Below, one piece after another: positions 7,577 to 16,917 of a stretch of DNA of 53,391 bases. Under the pieces are notes generated by a model that was given only the letters and a program-made list of their open reading frames with translations, was not told where the DNA came from and did not search any database. Both the position numbers and the translations under genes were made by a program. Origin of the DNA: Actinobacteria bacterium RBG_16_68_21 (lineage in GTDB: Bacteria > Actinomycetota > Acidimicrobiia > Spongiisociales > UBA11373); NCBI GenBank assembly GCA_001767695.1, contig MELR01000023.1:16326-69716 (forward strand), given 5' to 3'. The first letter of the stretch is position 1. Every line of letters starts with the position of its first letter.

Positions 7577-9592
7577 ATGGCCGCCGATGAGGGAGACGGC
7601 TATCTGAGGGCGGCCGACGTGCTTCCTGGGGTGTGCTCCCCGGCGGTCGTGCTGTACGGCCAATCGACCGATTGCACATTCCCCCTGTCCCGGGTGGCGC
7701 CGCTCGATCCCTGGCTCGGGCCGCACGTCGCCGACGAGGACGTCGTCTACGACGATCAGGACGACGACCAAGCCGACTGCTCGGTGGAAGGCGACCTCCT
7801 CGTCTGCCGGGGGGTATTCGCCTACTACTCGGGCGGTGACCGGGTGGTGAGACCGCGGATCTCCGGGGAGTTGTCCTCGGCGACCGCCACCTTCGGCACG
7901 CTCGACGGGTACTCGTACCCGCTGCAGTTGACGCCCGCCGCCGGGGTGATGGAGCCGTATGTGTTCGGGTCCACCCCACTTCGGGTGTGGGCGTACGGTC
8001 CGGTGGCCGCGGCGGGAGGCTTTGCCAGGGTGTGGTTGCGCGACGAGCCGCGCTACTCGTGGACTGTGCCCCTTCCCGCGGTCGCCGAGGATATGGTCGA
8101 TCCGCTCGAAATCGACGTCGGTGGGCTGACTCCGGGCCGCTACCGGATCACACCTTGCATCGGTGATAGCGCGGCGTCGTGCGTCGAGGTTCCCGGCGGA
8201 ATCACGTTCCAGGTAGGGAGCGGAAGACTCGAGGAGTTGATACCGGGGTGGAACCGGCGCGACGCCGACCGGATCAACGTCATCTTCGCCCCGAGCGGTC
8301 ACGTCTCCCTCGACGAAGCCCGGCGGGTAGCTCGTGATCTGGTCGCATGGGACGGCCCACTGCTGGTGGGGTTTGACGACACCCTTCTCGGGCCGGCGGC
8401 GTCGCCATCGCAGCTGTGGTCGCTCGAGTTCGGTCCGTTCGCCATTGAACCACTGCGCTCGGCCCGTGATCGGTTCAACCTCTGGTTTCTCGACGACATC
8501 GTGGACGATCCCCTGGCTCTGCAGTACTCGGCGCCGCCGTTCGGCTGGGGTGCCCCCCTGCCCGACTTCGGGCTGCCCGACGTCCAGGTGACCCGCCTCG
8601 ATTTCCTCCCTCCGGGACGCACCAGGCGCTCGGAGGCGGGATGGCCATCGTTCACGAGCCCCGACGGGCCTACCGTCGTCACCAGGGACGGCCTCGAATT
8701 CGCCGGGGCGTACGTCACCCTTCCCTTTGGCTACCGGCTGACCCAGGCAGGAATACTCGCCCACGAGTGGGGACACGCCCTCTTCGATCTGCGCGACGAG
8801 TACGTGGAGTCATCCCGCGGCGTGACCCACGGCTATCCGAACTGCGCTCCCGATCAGGCAACCGCCGAAGCATGGTGGGGCGATCAGATCGGGACGATCG
8901 ATCCGTTCGTCGACGAGTACCTCAGTCTCAGCCGACATTGGTCACAGTGGGTGGATCCGGAGCTGGTCTCCGAGATCACCACGGGCTTCCTTCCCGGAGG
9001 CTGCTACTCGGACCGTGAGGACGCCGCGGTGCGGCCCACCGGGGACAGCATCATGAACTCCGGGGTCCCGGTGTTTGGAGCGGTGAACCGCCAGCGGGCG
9101 GAGCAGATCCTCGCGCTGTGGTCGGGACTGGCGCCGCTCGATGCCGACGCCCTCTCGGCGTGGTGCGACCCCGTCCGGGCGGGTGACCCCGTGTCGGCGT
9201 GCGGGATGGAGGTGGTCTCCCATGTCGAGGTGCCCGCCGCCGGTCTGTTGGCGAGCGCCGGTGCCACGACGGTCGGGTGCTCGGTCGTCTCGGGCGACAC
9301 CAACGAGGGGATGACGTTCGAGTGCGATCCCCTGCCGCTGCGCGGCGAGGGGCCCTGGGAGGTGACGTTTTCGAGCCGCGCCGGGGACCGGCTCGACCGG
9401 ATTGTGCTCACCGCTCCACCACCACCGCCTCCGGAGCCGACGGTCGTTCCCGCTGCGGTCGTCGCCACCCCCGTTCCGACCGAATCCCCGGCAGGCGCCT
9501 GGCTACTGATCGGCGGGTTGGTGGCGGTGATGCTGGCCAGCGCGGCGGTCCTGGTCCGCCGTCGATTGGCGACCCCGACCGACGAGGAGTAA
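7577..9592 (+). CDS. membrane-anchored zinc metallopeptidase (HExxH, M64-like)
   Basis: HEWGHALFDLRDEY resembles the M64 HEFGHxxxxLxDEY motif. It has a C-terminal Pro-rich linker and a TM anchor. The coordinate uses the first ATG, but an in-frame signal peptide (RRRAVSLVIATIALVASWAPAAMA) lies upstream at 7511-7576 with no canonical start (see findings). Confidence 0.65.
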   Translation: MAADEGDGYLRAADVLPGVCSPAVVLYGQSTDCTFPLSRVAPLDPWLGPHVADEDVVYDDQDDDQADCSVEGDLLVCRGVFAYYSGGDRVVRPRISGELSSATATFGTLDGYSYPLQLTPAAGVMEPYVFGSTPLRVWAYGPVAAAGGFARVWLRDEPRYSWTVPLPAVAEDMVDPLEIDVGGLTPGRYRITPCIGDSAASCVEVPGGITFQVGSGRLEELIPGWNRRDADRINVIFAPSGHVSLDEARRVARDLVAWDGPLLVGFDDTLLGPAASPSQLWSLEFGPFAIEPLRSARDRFNLWFLDDIVDDPLALQYSAPPFGWGAPLPDFGLPDVQVTRLDFLPPGRTRRSEAGWPSFTSPDGPTVVTRDGLEFAGAYVTLPFGYRLTQAGILAHEWGHALFDLRDEYVESSRGVTHGYPNCAPDQATAEAWWGDQIGTIDPFVDEYLSLSRHWSQWVDPELVSEITTGFLPGGCYSDREDAAVRPTGDSIMNSGVPVFGAVNRQRAEQILALWSGLAPLDADALSAWCDPVRAGDPVSACGMEVVSHVEVPAAGLLASAGATTVGCSVVSGDTNEGMTFECDPLPLRGEGPWEVTFSSRAGDRLDRIVLTAPPPPPPEPTVVPAAVVATPVPTESPAGAWLLIGGLVAVMLASAAVLVRRRLATPTDEE

Positions 9593-9663
9593 TAGGCCTC
9601 GCTTTGCTCGGCCTGCGATTGGCGAAGCGTGAGCTAGGCAGATGGTGTCGGCGAGATGTCGCC

Positions 9664-9705
9664 TATTGCTAATTGCCAATTGCCAATTGCCAATTGCCAA
9701 TTGCG
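9664..9705. repeat. tandem heptamer array (AATTGCC) x6 (minus-strand reading TGGCAAT)
   Basis: Read directly from the sequence. It is unusually AT-rich for this DNA and ends 64 bp upstream of the alaX-like start. Confidence 0.95.
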
Positions 9706-9769
9706 TTCATCGCCATTCCGTCCCACCCATCATCTAACGTCCCTCTTCGCGCTTCCGAGGAGGATCGAG

Positions 9770-10486
9770 ATGACCGAGGAACTGGCCGCCACCGATGCCT
9801 ATCTCCGGGAGACGACGGCGAGCGTCGTGGCCGTGAGCGAGGAGGGGATCGTTCTCGATCGAACGGTGTTCTATGCGCGGGGCGGCGGACAACCCGGGGA
9901 CACCGGGATGCTCGAATGGCCCGGAGGAACGGTCGGCATCACCGACACCTTCAAGCGCGGGGGCGAAGTTATCCACGTTCCCGCGGGACCGCCGCCCCCG
10001 GTGGGCACCCAGGTGGTCGCCCGGATCGATTGGCAGCGGCGGCACACGCTGATGCGCACCCACACCGCGTTGCACGTGCTCTCGGCGGTCATCTGGCGCG
10101 ACTTCGATGCCAAGGTCACCGGCGGGAACATGGAACCAGGAGTCGCTCGCATGGACTTCGAACTCGACGCGATCAGCGTCGAGTTCGGCAGAGAGGTCGA
10201 GGTCCGGCTCAGTGAGGCGCTGGCGGGCGAACACCCGGTGACTGTCCGGTTCATGTCGCGGTCCGAGGCCATCGCCGACCCCGACCTCATCCGAACCAAG
10301 GTGAACCTGATCCCGGAGTCGGTAGACCCGATCCGGGTGATCGAGATCGGGACGATCGACAAACAGGCGGACGGAGGCACCCATGTCGCCAACACCTCAG
10401 AGGTGGGCAGGGTCCGGGTCGTCAAGACGGAGAGCAAGGGCAAGGGCAACAAGCGCATGCGGATCGAGCTCGACCAATCCAGATGA
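9770..10486 (+). CDS. alanyl-tRNA editing protein (AlaX-M-like, Thr/Ala-tRNA synthetase second additional domain)
   Basis: It shows TVFYARGGGQPGDTG, HTALHVLS and GGTHV motifs. The start at ATG 9770 is preceded by GAGGAGGA. The upstream part of ORF 9656 is array translation. Confidence 0.8.
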   Translation: MTEELAATDAYLRETTASVVAVSEEGIVLDRTVFYARGGGQPGDTGMLEWPGGTVGITDTFKRGGEVIHVPAGPPPPVGTQVVARIDWQRRHTLMRTHTALHVLSAVIWRDFDAKVTGGNMEPGVARMDFELDAISVEFGREVEVRLSEALAGEHPVTVRFMSRSEAIADPDLIRTKVNLIPESVDPIRVIEIGTIDKQADGGTHVANTSEVGRVRVVKTESKGKGNKRMRIELDQSR

Positions 10487-11451
10487 TCGACGCATTCCTC
10501 GCCGTCGCACTCGGCCTGGTGCTGGTGCGGGGCTGGTTCCGCGGCTTCGTGCGTGAGGCGATGGATCTCGCCGGGCTGGTGCTGGGCACGATCATGGCGT
10601 TCCGCCTCGCTCCCACGGTGGGAAGCGTGGTCTCGGCGATGGCGGGCATCTCGACCGACGCCGGCCGGGTGATCGGCGGGGTGATCGTGTTCATCGGGGT
10701 GGGGGTGGGGGCAGCTTTCGCCACCATCGCCCTGCAGCGACGTCTTCGGCTCCCGGGTCTGAATCTCATCAATCGGGCGGGCGGTGCCGGGCTCGCCGCC
10801 GCCTGGGGGGTGTTCCTGGCGACGCTTCTGCTGACGGTCGCGGTCATCGTCCCGATGCCTCCCGCCGTGGCCGGTCAATTGGATGGCTCGGCGATCACCA
10901 GCGTTCTCACCGACCCGAACGGCCTGCCCCAGGAGGTGTTCGCCCGCCTCGCCGGCGACCGGATCGTCGAGGCGCTGATCAACCTCGACGAGGCGTTTGG
11001 CACGCGGAGGGTGATCATCGGACCGGGCGAGACACTCACGCTTCCCGCGGTCCCGGAGGACGATGTGACCGACTCCCCGGGATCGGCGGACAAGGTATTC
11101 GGGCTCCTCAACAGGGCGAGGGTCGACGCCGGGCTGGATCCCCTGGCGTGGAGTGATGCGCTGGCGGTCGTCGCCGCCGGCCATGCCCGAGAGATGTATC
11201 GCGCCGGGTACTTCTCCCACGATTCACCATCGACCGGGGACGTCGGCGATCGCCTCGCCGCGGCCGGGCTCAGCTACCGCATCGCCGGGGAGAACCTGGC
11301 GCTCGCCGCCACGCCGGACGACGTGCACGCCGGGCTCATGGCCAGTCCCGGCCACCGGGCCAACATCCTCGGCGGCGACTACCGACGGGTGGGAGTCGCC
11401 GTGGTCAGCGGGCCGCTCGGACTGATGACGGTCGAGGTCTTCACGGGTTGA
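10483..11451 (+). CDS. CvpA family membrane protein fused to a CAP/SCP (YkwD-like) domain
   Basis: The N-terminal TM region resembles colicin V production protein. The C-terminus carries YFSHDSP...GENLA...SPGHRANIL, typical of CAP domains. It has an ATGA overlap with the upstream gene. Confidence 0.7.
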   Translation: MIDAFLAVALGLVLVRGWFRGFVREAMDLAGLVLGTIMAFRLAPTVGSVVSAMAGISTDAGRVIGGVIVFIGVGVGAAFATIALQRRLRLPGLNLINRAGGAGLAAAWGVFLATLLLTVAVIVPMPPAVAGQLDGSAITSVLTDPNGLPQEVFARLAGDRIVEALINLDEAFGTRRVIIGPGETLTLPAVPEDDVTDSPGSADKVFGLLNRARVDAGLDPLAWSDALAVVAAGHAREMYRAGYFSHDSPSTGDVGDRLAAAGLSYRIAGENLALAATPDDVHAGLMASPGHRANILGGDYRRVGVAVVSGPLGLMTVEVFTG

Positions 11452-11881
11452 CCCGTCCCAGGAGAAGGTCGAAGACCGCATCGGGCACCGCGGCGAATGA
11501 ATCGTGGGTGGTGAGGACCACCGGAATCCGCGCCGCCCGGAAGGTCTTCACGAGGTGCTCCCGTCCGGTGACCAGCGCGGTGCGGTTGTCGGGTCCTCCG
11601 AGGGCGGCGACCACCCGCCGGATCACCCGCGGCGAGACGACCGGACCGAACTCGGCGGTGGTGGCGATGCTCTCGAAGAGTCCGGCGAGGTCGTCCCGCT
11701 CCAGATGGGTTCGCAGCACCGAACTCGACTCGTCGGCATCGGCGATTCCGGCGATGCGGAACCTGCTGTAGAGGTGTTCCAGGGAGTGGGCGGCGTCGGG
11801 CGGCATCGTCGGTTCAGCCGAACGATCCCGGCCCTCCCATGAGAGGAGGGCCGGGATCAGATCGATGACGACGAGACGCAC
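11441..11881 (-). CDS. hypothetical protein
   Basis: An ORF with high third-position GC. The GTG start overlaps the stop of the upstream LppM-like gene (TAGTG). I recognise no convincing family motif. Confidence 0.5.
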   Translation of the reverse strand: MRLVVIDLIPALLSWEGRDRSAEPTMPPDAAHSLEHLYSRFRIAGIADADESSSVLRTHLERDDLAGLFESIATTAEFGPVVSPRVIRRVVAALGGPDNRTALVTGREHLVKTFRAARIPVVLTTHDSFAAVPDAVFDLLLGRVNP

Positions 11882-12624
11882 TACTCGACAGCCGGGGGCG
11901 GCGGCATGTCGTCCATCGCGGCGGGTGCTGCGGCGGCGGGGGCCACCTTGCGGCGCTGCATCACCACATAGACGACGATCGCCACCACGACCGCGGCGAC
12001 CACGGCGAGGATCCACACCGGGAACCCGCTGTCACCACCGCCGGGCGTGCCGCTGGGATCGGACTCGGCCTGGAGGTCGAGGGATCCTCCGAGAACCGGG
12101 ACCGACCAGATCAGCGTGTTGCCCTCGACCCGATCGGCGTTGTGCGTCAGGATGCGCCCGGGCAGCGTCAGCTTGACATTGGCCGAGATGGAATCCTGGA
12201 ACACCGAGGGATCGAAGCCCTCAGCCTGGGAGCCGAGGGTGTCGGTGGCATCGGCAGTGGCCGCCACTGTCACCTTGGTGTCGGTCACGGTCACCGAGAA
12301 GGTCTTGAACAGCGACTCGCTGTCGTTGAGCATCATGTCTTCGATCTGGGACACGTCGTCGACGGCGGCCTCGACGATGTAGAACGTCAGATCCCCGCGG
12401 GTCTCCTGACGCGTCACCGCGCCGGGAATCTCTGACAGGGCCTGGCCTTCGAAGGGATCGGTGCCTTCCTGGAGGAAGAATCCCTGGGCTTCTTCGTCCA
12501 TCCCGATCTCGGCGATGATCGTGCCGGTACCGTCCTTGTTGATCACGGCTCCGTAGTTGGTCTCGACTTTGCAGGCCGTGGCCACCAGGGCCACGATGGC
12601 TGCTACGACGATGAGGCGGCGCAT
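11881..12624 (-). CDS. LppM-like lipoprotein with C-terminal TM anchor
   Basis: It has a lipobox signal MRRLIVVAAIVALVATAC with GGGAGAAG upstream, and a C-terminal TM helix plus Pro/Ala tail. The family assignment (DUF3153/LppM) is from memory. Confidence 0.55.
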   Translation of the reverse strand: MRRLIVVAAIVALVATACKVETNYGAVINKDGTGTIIAEIGMDEEAQGFFLQEGTDPFEGQALSEIPGAVTRQETRGDLTFYIVEAAVDDVSQIEDMMLNDSESLFKTFSVTVTDTKVTVAATADATDTLGSQAEGFDPSVFQDSISANVKLTLPGRILTHNADRVEGNTLIWSVPVLGGSLDLQAESDPSGTPGGGDSGFPVWILAVVAAVVVAIVVYVVMQRRKVAPAAAAPAAMDDMPPPPAVE

Positions 12625-12735
12625 TGCTTTCTTCTCCCGGATTTGCGTCGCCGGGGACTCTACCGCCTCCGTTACCGACGCCGAGTCGTCTGCTGCCGCC
12701 GACCGCACACCGCCGTTGCTGCCTACCCTCCGACG

Positions 12736-13458
12736 ATGGAACCCGAGGCCGCCGGAGTCGTCGCCGCCTTCACCGCCGCCTACCGGCCCTACCTGGAGAG
12801 CCGGTTCGCCGAGGCGGGTTTGGAGGCCCCGGAAGGGGTGGTGGCGGCCGGCGAGCGCTGGCTGCGGGCCTCTCTTGAGGAGCTGCTGAGCCTTCCCTTT
12901 GCCGCCCAACGCCGGGGTCCGCTCGAGGTGTTTCAGGAGGCGATGCGGTTCCCCACCGAGGCGGTGGCCACCGCCGGTGTGCCCGAGCCCGCCCGGGATC
13001 CGGTGGCGGCGGCGGCGTTGCCCGGTGATCGTTACCACCTCGCCCCGGCGTCCTCACAGGCACTCGGCGAGGCGGCCTGGAGCGCCCACCTCCTCTGGGG
13101 GGCTGCCAAGGCCGCGGCGAACGCGCCCCGCGGCCTCTCGGCCATCCACCTCACTCGCAACCTCCTGGATGCGTCCCGCGTTGGGGAGGCGGCGGCACGT
13201 GCCGGATACGAGCTCACGGTGGTGACCAAGCCCCCACCGGGGGACAGGCGCCATACCGTGGCGATCGTCGATCTCGAGCATCCCGACGCCGACGAGGCGG
13301 TGCGCACCCTCGCCGCGACCTGTGGCCGGGTGGTGGCCTACGGACCGCACGTCGACGAGTTCGCCCTGGTGAGGGCCCGAACCCTCGGAGCCGCCGACGC
13401 GGTGCCCCGTTCGCGGTTCTTCAGTGATCCCGGGGCGTGGCTGCCGGCACCGGTTTGA
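12736..13458 (+). CDS. hypothetical protein
   Basis: A 240-aa ORF starting at ATG 12736 with coding-like codon bias. I recognise no family. Confidence 0.5.
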   Translation: MEPEAAGVVAAFTAAYRPYLESRFAEAGLEAPEGVVAAGERWLRASLEELLSLPFAAQRRGPLEVFQEAMRFPTEAVATAGVPEPARDPVAAAALPGDRYHLAPASSQALGEAAWSAHLLWGAAKAAANAPRGLSAIHLTRNLLDASRVGEAAARAGYELTVVTKPPPGDRRHTVAIVDLEHPDADEAVRTLAATCGRVVAYGPHVDEFALVRARTLGAADAVPRSRFFSDPGAWLPAPV

Positions 13459-14347
13459 TCGGGGCGCGCACCGTACCCCTGGTGCCGGCGACGAGTACCC
13501 CGGCGAGCACGACCACGACCCCGGTCCACTGCACCACGGAGAGCCGGTCGCCGAAGATCAATCCCGCCCACATGATCGTCGCCGCCGGCTGCACGAGAAG
13601 CATCACCGAGGTTTCGAGCGCGGCGAGGCGAGGCAGCGCGGTGGCGATCAACAGCCAGCCGAAGGTCTGCCCCACGAGAGCGAGGGCGATCAGCCACCCG
13701 TGGGCCGGCCAGGAGAAGGCGAGGGAGAAGCCCGAGTCGAGCGGCGCGATCACGAGTACGCCGAGCACGGTGCCGATCGTGGTATCGAGCAGCGGACCTA
13801 CCGTCGGCGCCAGCATCCGATTCGACGCCCGGAACATGAGCAGGAATGCCGCGTAGGTGACCCCGGCGATTCCCGCGATCACCGCCCCCGCCAGAGGGCG
13901 GCTCCCGAAGGCGTCGTCGCGGCCCAGGCCCCCGATGAGGGTGATCCCCACCAGGACGACCGGCACGACGACCAACGCCGTCCTCGTCGGGTGCTCCCGG
14001 TAGATGATCCAGGCCACCAGTCCGACCCAGATGACCTGGACGTTGGCCACGACCGTGGCCAGCCCGGCGCCGATCAGATGGATCGACGCATGCCACAGGG
14101 TCAGGTCGACGGCGAGCAGCGCACCGGCGGCAAACGACAACAGTCGAGCGCCGGTGGGACGCCGGTCGCGCACCACGAGGCGAACGATCATCAGTATCGG
14201 GAGGGCGTAGAAGGCTCGAAAGAAGGCCGCGGTCGTCGGCGACACGTCGGCGAGCCGGACGAAGATCGCCGAGAAGGAGATGGCGACGATGCCGATGAGG
14301 GCGCGAAGCCGGGTCACCGGGGCACGGTAGCCATCGCCTGGCCCCAC
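13421..14347 (-). CDS. EamA/DMT family transporter
   Basis: About ten predicted TM helices in two EamA-like halves. Length is 308 aa. Confidence 0.75.
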   Translation of the reverse strand: MGPGDGYRAPVTRLRALIGIVAISFSAIFVRLADVSPTTAAFFRAFYALPILMIVRLVVRDRRPTGARLLSFAAGALLAVDLTLWHASIHLIGAGLATVVANVQVIWVGLVAWIIYREHPTRTALVVVPVVLVGITLIGGLGRDDAFGSRPLAGAVIAGIAGVTYAAFLLMFRASNRMLAPTVGPLLDTTIGTVLGVLVIAPLDSGFSLAFSWPAHGWLIALALVGQTFGWLLIATALPRLAALETSVMLLVQPAATIMWAGLIFGDRLSVVQWTGVVVVLAGVLVAGTRGTVRAPIKPVPAATPRDH

Positions 14348-14409
14348 CCGGCCGGTGGCCCTGCACTACTATGGGTGTTGGGGTCGGTGACCGAGGGTGC
14401 CGGAGAGTC

Positions 14410-15591
14410 ATGGGGTCGAATTCGCTCCTGCGGTTCCTCACCGGGGTGACCGCGGTCGTTCTCGCCGCGGCGGCGGCGGGTGGCGTCGTGCTCACTCTGC
14501 AGTCGGGCGCGGCTCCCGACGATGGCGGTGAGTACGGGTTGGTGCGCAGCTCGGGAGCCGTGGTGCTCGAGGGCGTCGCCGAACCGGGCCCGGGCCCGTT
14601 CTTCGATCCGGTGGCGGTAGACCTTGCACTCGACCCGCTGCTGCTCCCGCTCCCACCGCTCAACGAGGCGACGGTCGTCTCGCCCCATCACCGGAACTCG
14701 GCGGCAGATCTGCTCGCCGCCGGACCCTTCGGCCACCGGCTCGTGCAGTTGGAACGCGGCGGGAGCCCCCTGACGATCGCGGCAGTGGCCGACGTGGCCG
14801 GCGAGACCCTCGCACTGTCCGCGGCGCTCGAGGATCTCATCGACTCCAACGGCGACGGTCGCGACGACGACGGTCGGTTTACGCTTGCCGCTCTCGACGG
14901 TTCCGCCGTCTGCGTTCGGCTGCCGGTCCCGCGGCGGCTCGCCCAGGCACAAGGGCTGCAGCTGGAATCGGGGATACCCGCCAGCGGGTACTGGTGGAGC
15001 TCCTACGGGCCGTGCGGAGCACCGGAGACGGCACAGGCGGGCTCGGAGGCGCGGGTGGGAACTACGGCCGGCGTGTACGGGGCGACGCCCTCCGGCGAGG
15101 TCTGCGACGTGGGAGCCTTGGCCGCCCAGCTCGAGGCAGACCCGCGAGTCGCCGAAGCCTGGGTGGTGATCCTCGGCGTGGATCCCACGGCGATCGGGGA
15201 CTACCTCGACGGGCTGACTGCGGTGATCTTGCTGCGGGACACCGTCGTCACCGACCACTTCCTCGACGGGAGTCGGATCCTGGCCCGCTCGGCGATCCTG
15301 GAGCGGGGCACCGCGGTGCTCGTCGACCAAAGGGGCGTGCCCCTGGTCCGGTGCCTTTCCGGTTCCCCTTTGCGAGCCGCACCTCCCATTCCCCCCGGAG
15401 TCACCGTCGAGGGCGCGCCCTGGGCGGGCTTCTCCCTCGAGCTGGCGGAGACGCTTCCCGCGGCCTCCCGGGCGACCAGCCGGTTCGTGCTCATGGACCT
15501 GGTCACCGGGCAGGCCGTTCATCGAGCTCCCGGGGTCACCGGAGCGCTCACCCGGCTGGCAGGCCCGCTCTTTCCGCCGGCGAGTGGCTGA
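14410..15591 (+). CDS. membrane-anchored hypothetical protein
   Basis: ATG 14410 is preceded by GGAGAG. It has an N-terminal TM anchor (LLRFLTGVTAVVLAAAAAGGVVL) and a large extracytoplasmic domain. Confidence 0.55.
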   Translation: MGSNSLLRFLTGVTAVVLAAAAAGGVVLTLQSGAAPDDGGEYGLVRSSGAVVLEGVAEPGPGPFFDPVAVDLALDPLLLPLPPLNEATVVSPHHRNSAADLLAAGPFGHRLVQLERGGSPLTIAAVADVAGETLALSAALEDLIDSNGDGRDDDGRFTLAALDGSAVCVRLPVPRRLAQAQGLQLESGIPASGYWWSSYGPCGAPETAQAGSEARVGTTAGVYGATPSGEVCDVGALAAQLEADPRVAEAWVVILGVDPTAIGDYLDGLTAVILLRDTVVTDHFLDGSRILARSAILERGTAVLVDQRGVPLVRCLSGSPLRAAPPIPPGVTVEGAPWAGFSLELAETLPAASRATSRFVLMDLVTGQAVHRAPGVTGALTRLAGPLFPPASG

Positions 15592-15656
15592 GGCAGCCGC
15601 CGACCACGGGGGTGTTCGGGGGCGATAGCCTCCGAGCAGCGTTCGAGAGGTTCCCA

Positions 15657-16793
15657 TTGGATTTCGCCGCATCACCCGAACAAGAGGCGTTCCGACTGGT
15701 AGTCCGTGAGTTCGCCGCAGCCGAGATCGCTCCCCACGCCGAGGAGTGGGATCGCACCCACTCCTTCCCGGTGGAGACGGTTCACAAGATGGGGGAGCTG
15801 GGTCTCTTCGGCCTGATCTTCCCCGAGGAGTACGGGGGGGCTGGAGCCGATCTGGCGACCCTGTGCATTGCCATCGAGGAAATCGCCGGGGTCGACTCGT
15901 CGATGGCGATCACCCTGGAGGCGGCGGTCGGTCTCGGAGCGAATCCGCTGCACCGGTTCGGGACCGAGGAGCAGAAGGCGCGCTGGCTTCCCGATCTGGT
16001 GCAGGGCCGCAGCCTGGCGGCGTTCGGTTTGACCGAGCCGGACGGGGGTTCCGATGCCGGCGACACCCGCACCAGGGCCGAGCGCGATGGCGACGAGTGG
16101 GTGATCAACGGCGCCAAGGCCTTCATCACCAATTCGGGGACGGAGATCACCTCTCTGGTGATGGTCACCGCCCGGACCGGTGATGGGGTGTCGGTGCTCA
16201 TCGTTCCTTCCGGTACACCCGGGCTGGTGGTGGAGCCGGCATATCGCAAGATGGGTTGGAGGGCGTCGGATACCCACGGGATCCTGCTCGACGACTGCCG
16301 GATACCCGCCGGGTATCTGCTCGGGGAGGAGGGGCACGGGCTGCGCCAGTTTCTCTCCACCCTCGACGAGGGACGGATTGCGGTTGCCGCGCTTTCGGTC
16401 GGTCTTGCCGCCGCCTGTCTCTCCCACAGTGTGCAGTACGCCCGGGAGCGGTCCGCCTTCGGCAGGCCGATCGGGTCCAACCAGGGGGTGGCGTTTCCGA
16501 TCGCCGACGTGCAGGTGGCCCTCGAGGCGGCGCGGCTGCTCACCTATCGAGCGGCGTGGCTGCGGGACTCGGGTCAGGACTTCCGCGCCGCGGCGGCAAC
16601 CGCCAAGCTCTTCGCCTCGGAGGCCGCGGTCGATGCCACCAGGATCGCGACCCAGGTCTTCGGGGGTTCCGGGTTCATCGATGAGACGCCGGTGTCCCGT
16701 TTCTATCGGGACGCCAAGGTGCTGGAGATCGGCGAAGGGACGAGCGAGATCCTGCGGCTGGTGATTGCGAGGAACCTGGGGCTGCCGTTGTAG
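15657..16793 (+). CDS. acyl-CoA dehydrogenase
   Basis: It has the typical ACAD N-terminus (DFAASPEQEAFR), FGLTEPDGGSD and a C-terminal QVFGGSGFIDETPVSRFYRDAKVLEIGEGTSEI block. I prefer TTG 15657 (GAGAGG upstream); GTG 15612 is an alternative. Confidence 0.85.
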   Translation: MDFAASPEQEAFRLVVREFAAAEIAPHAEEWDRTHSFPVETVHKMGELGLFGLIFPEEYGGAGADLATLCIAIEEIAGVDSSMAITLEAAVGLGANPLHRFGTEEQKARWLPDLVQGRSLAAFGLTEPDGGSDAGDTRTRAERDGDEWVINGAKAFITNSGTEITSLVMVTARTGDGVSVLIVPSGTPGLVVEPAYRKMGWRASDTHGILLDDCRIPAGYLLGEEGHGLRQFLSTLDEGRIAVAALSVGLAAACLSHSVQYARERSAFGRPIGSNQGVAFPIADVQVALEAARLLTYRAAWLRDSGQDFRAAAATAKLFASEAAVDATRIATQVFGGSGFIDETPVSRFYRDAKVLEIGEGTSEILRLVIARNLGLPL

Positions 16794-16800
16794 GAATCGC

Positions 16801-16917
16801 TGCCGCTGCCCGCCGAGCGCTACCGGCTGCTCGCACCCGCTGCCGGCTACCCGCAAGACCGTCGCATTGCGTATCGCGTGTGGCGTGCTGCGAATCACGA
16901 ACTACGAATCACGACCT
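16801..16917. repeat. degenerate heptamer array (TGCCCGC/TACCGGC/TGCCGGC/TACCCGC ... GCGTGTG/GCGAATC/ACGAACT/ACGAATC)
   Basis: The 7-nt period is visible by eye, with one 6-nt unit. The array fills the spacer from the ACAD stop to the PQQ-dehydrogenase stop codon (16918-16920). Confidence 0.75.

Noticed and set aside
7475-8776. Long ORFs antisense to or overlapping confident genes. Examples are 347-1357 (-), 7475-8776 (-), 14314-15675 (-), 16765-18363 (+), 21397-23052 (-), 27305-28825 (-), 31930-32634 (-) and 38897-39913 (+).
   Set aside because: They are Arg/Pro/Gly-rich shadow ORFs typical of ~70% GC DNA. They lack recognisable motifs, and each overlaps a gene with clear family signatures on the other strand or frame.
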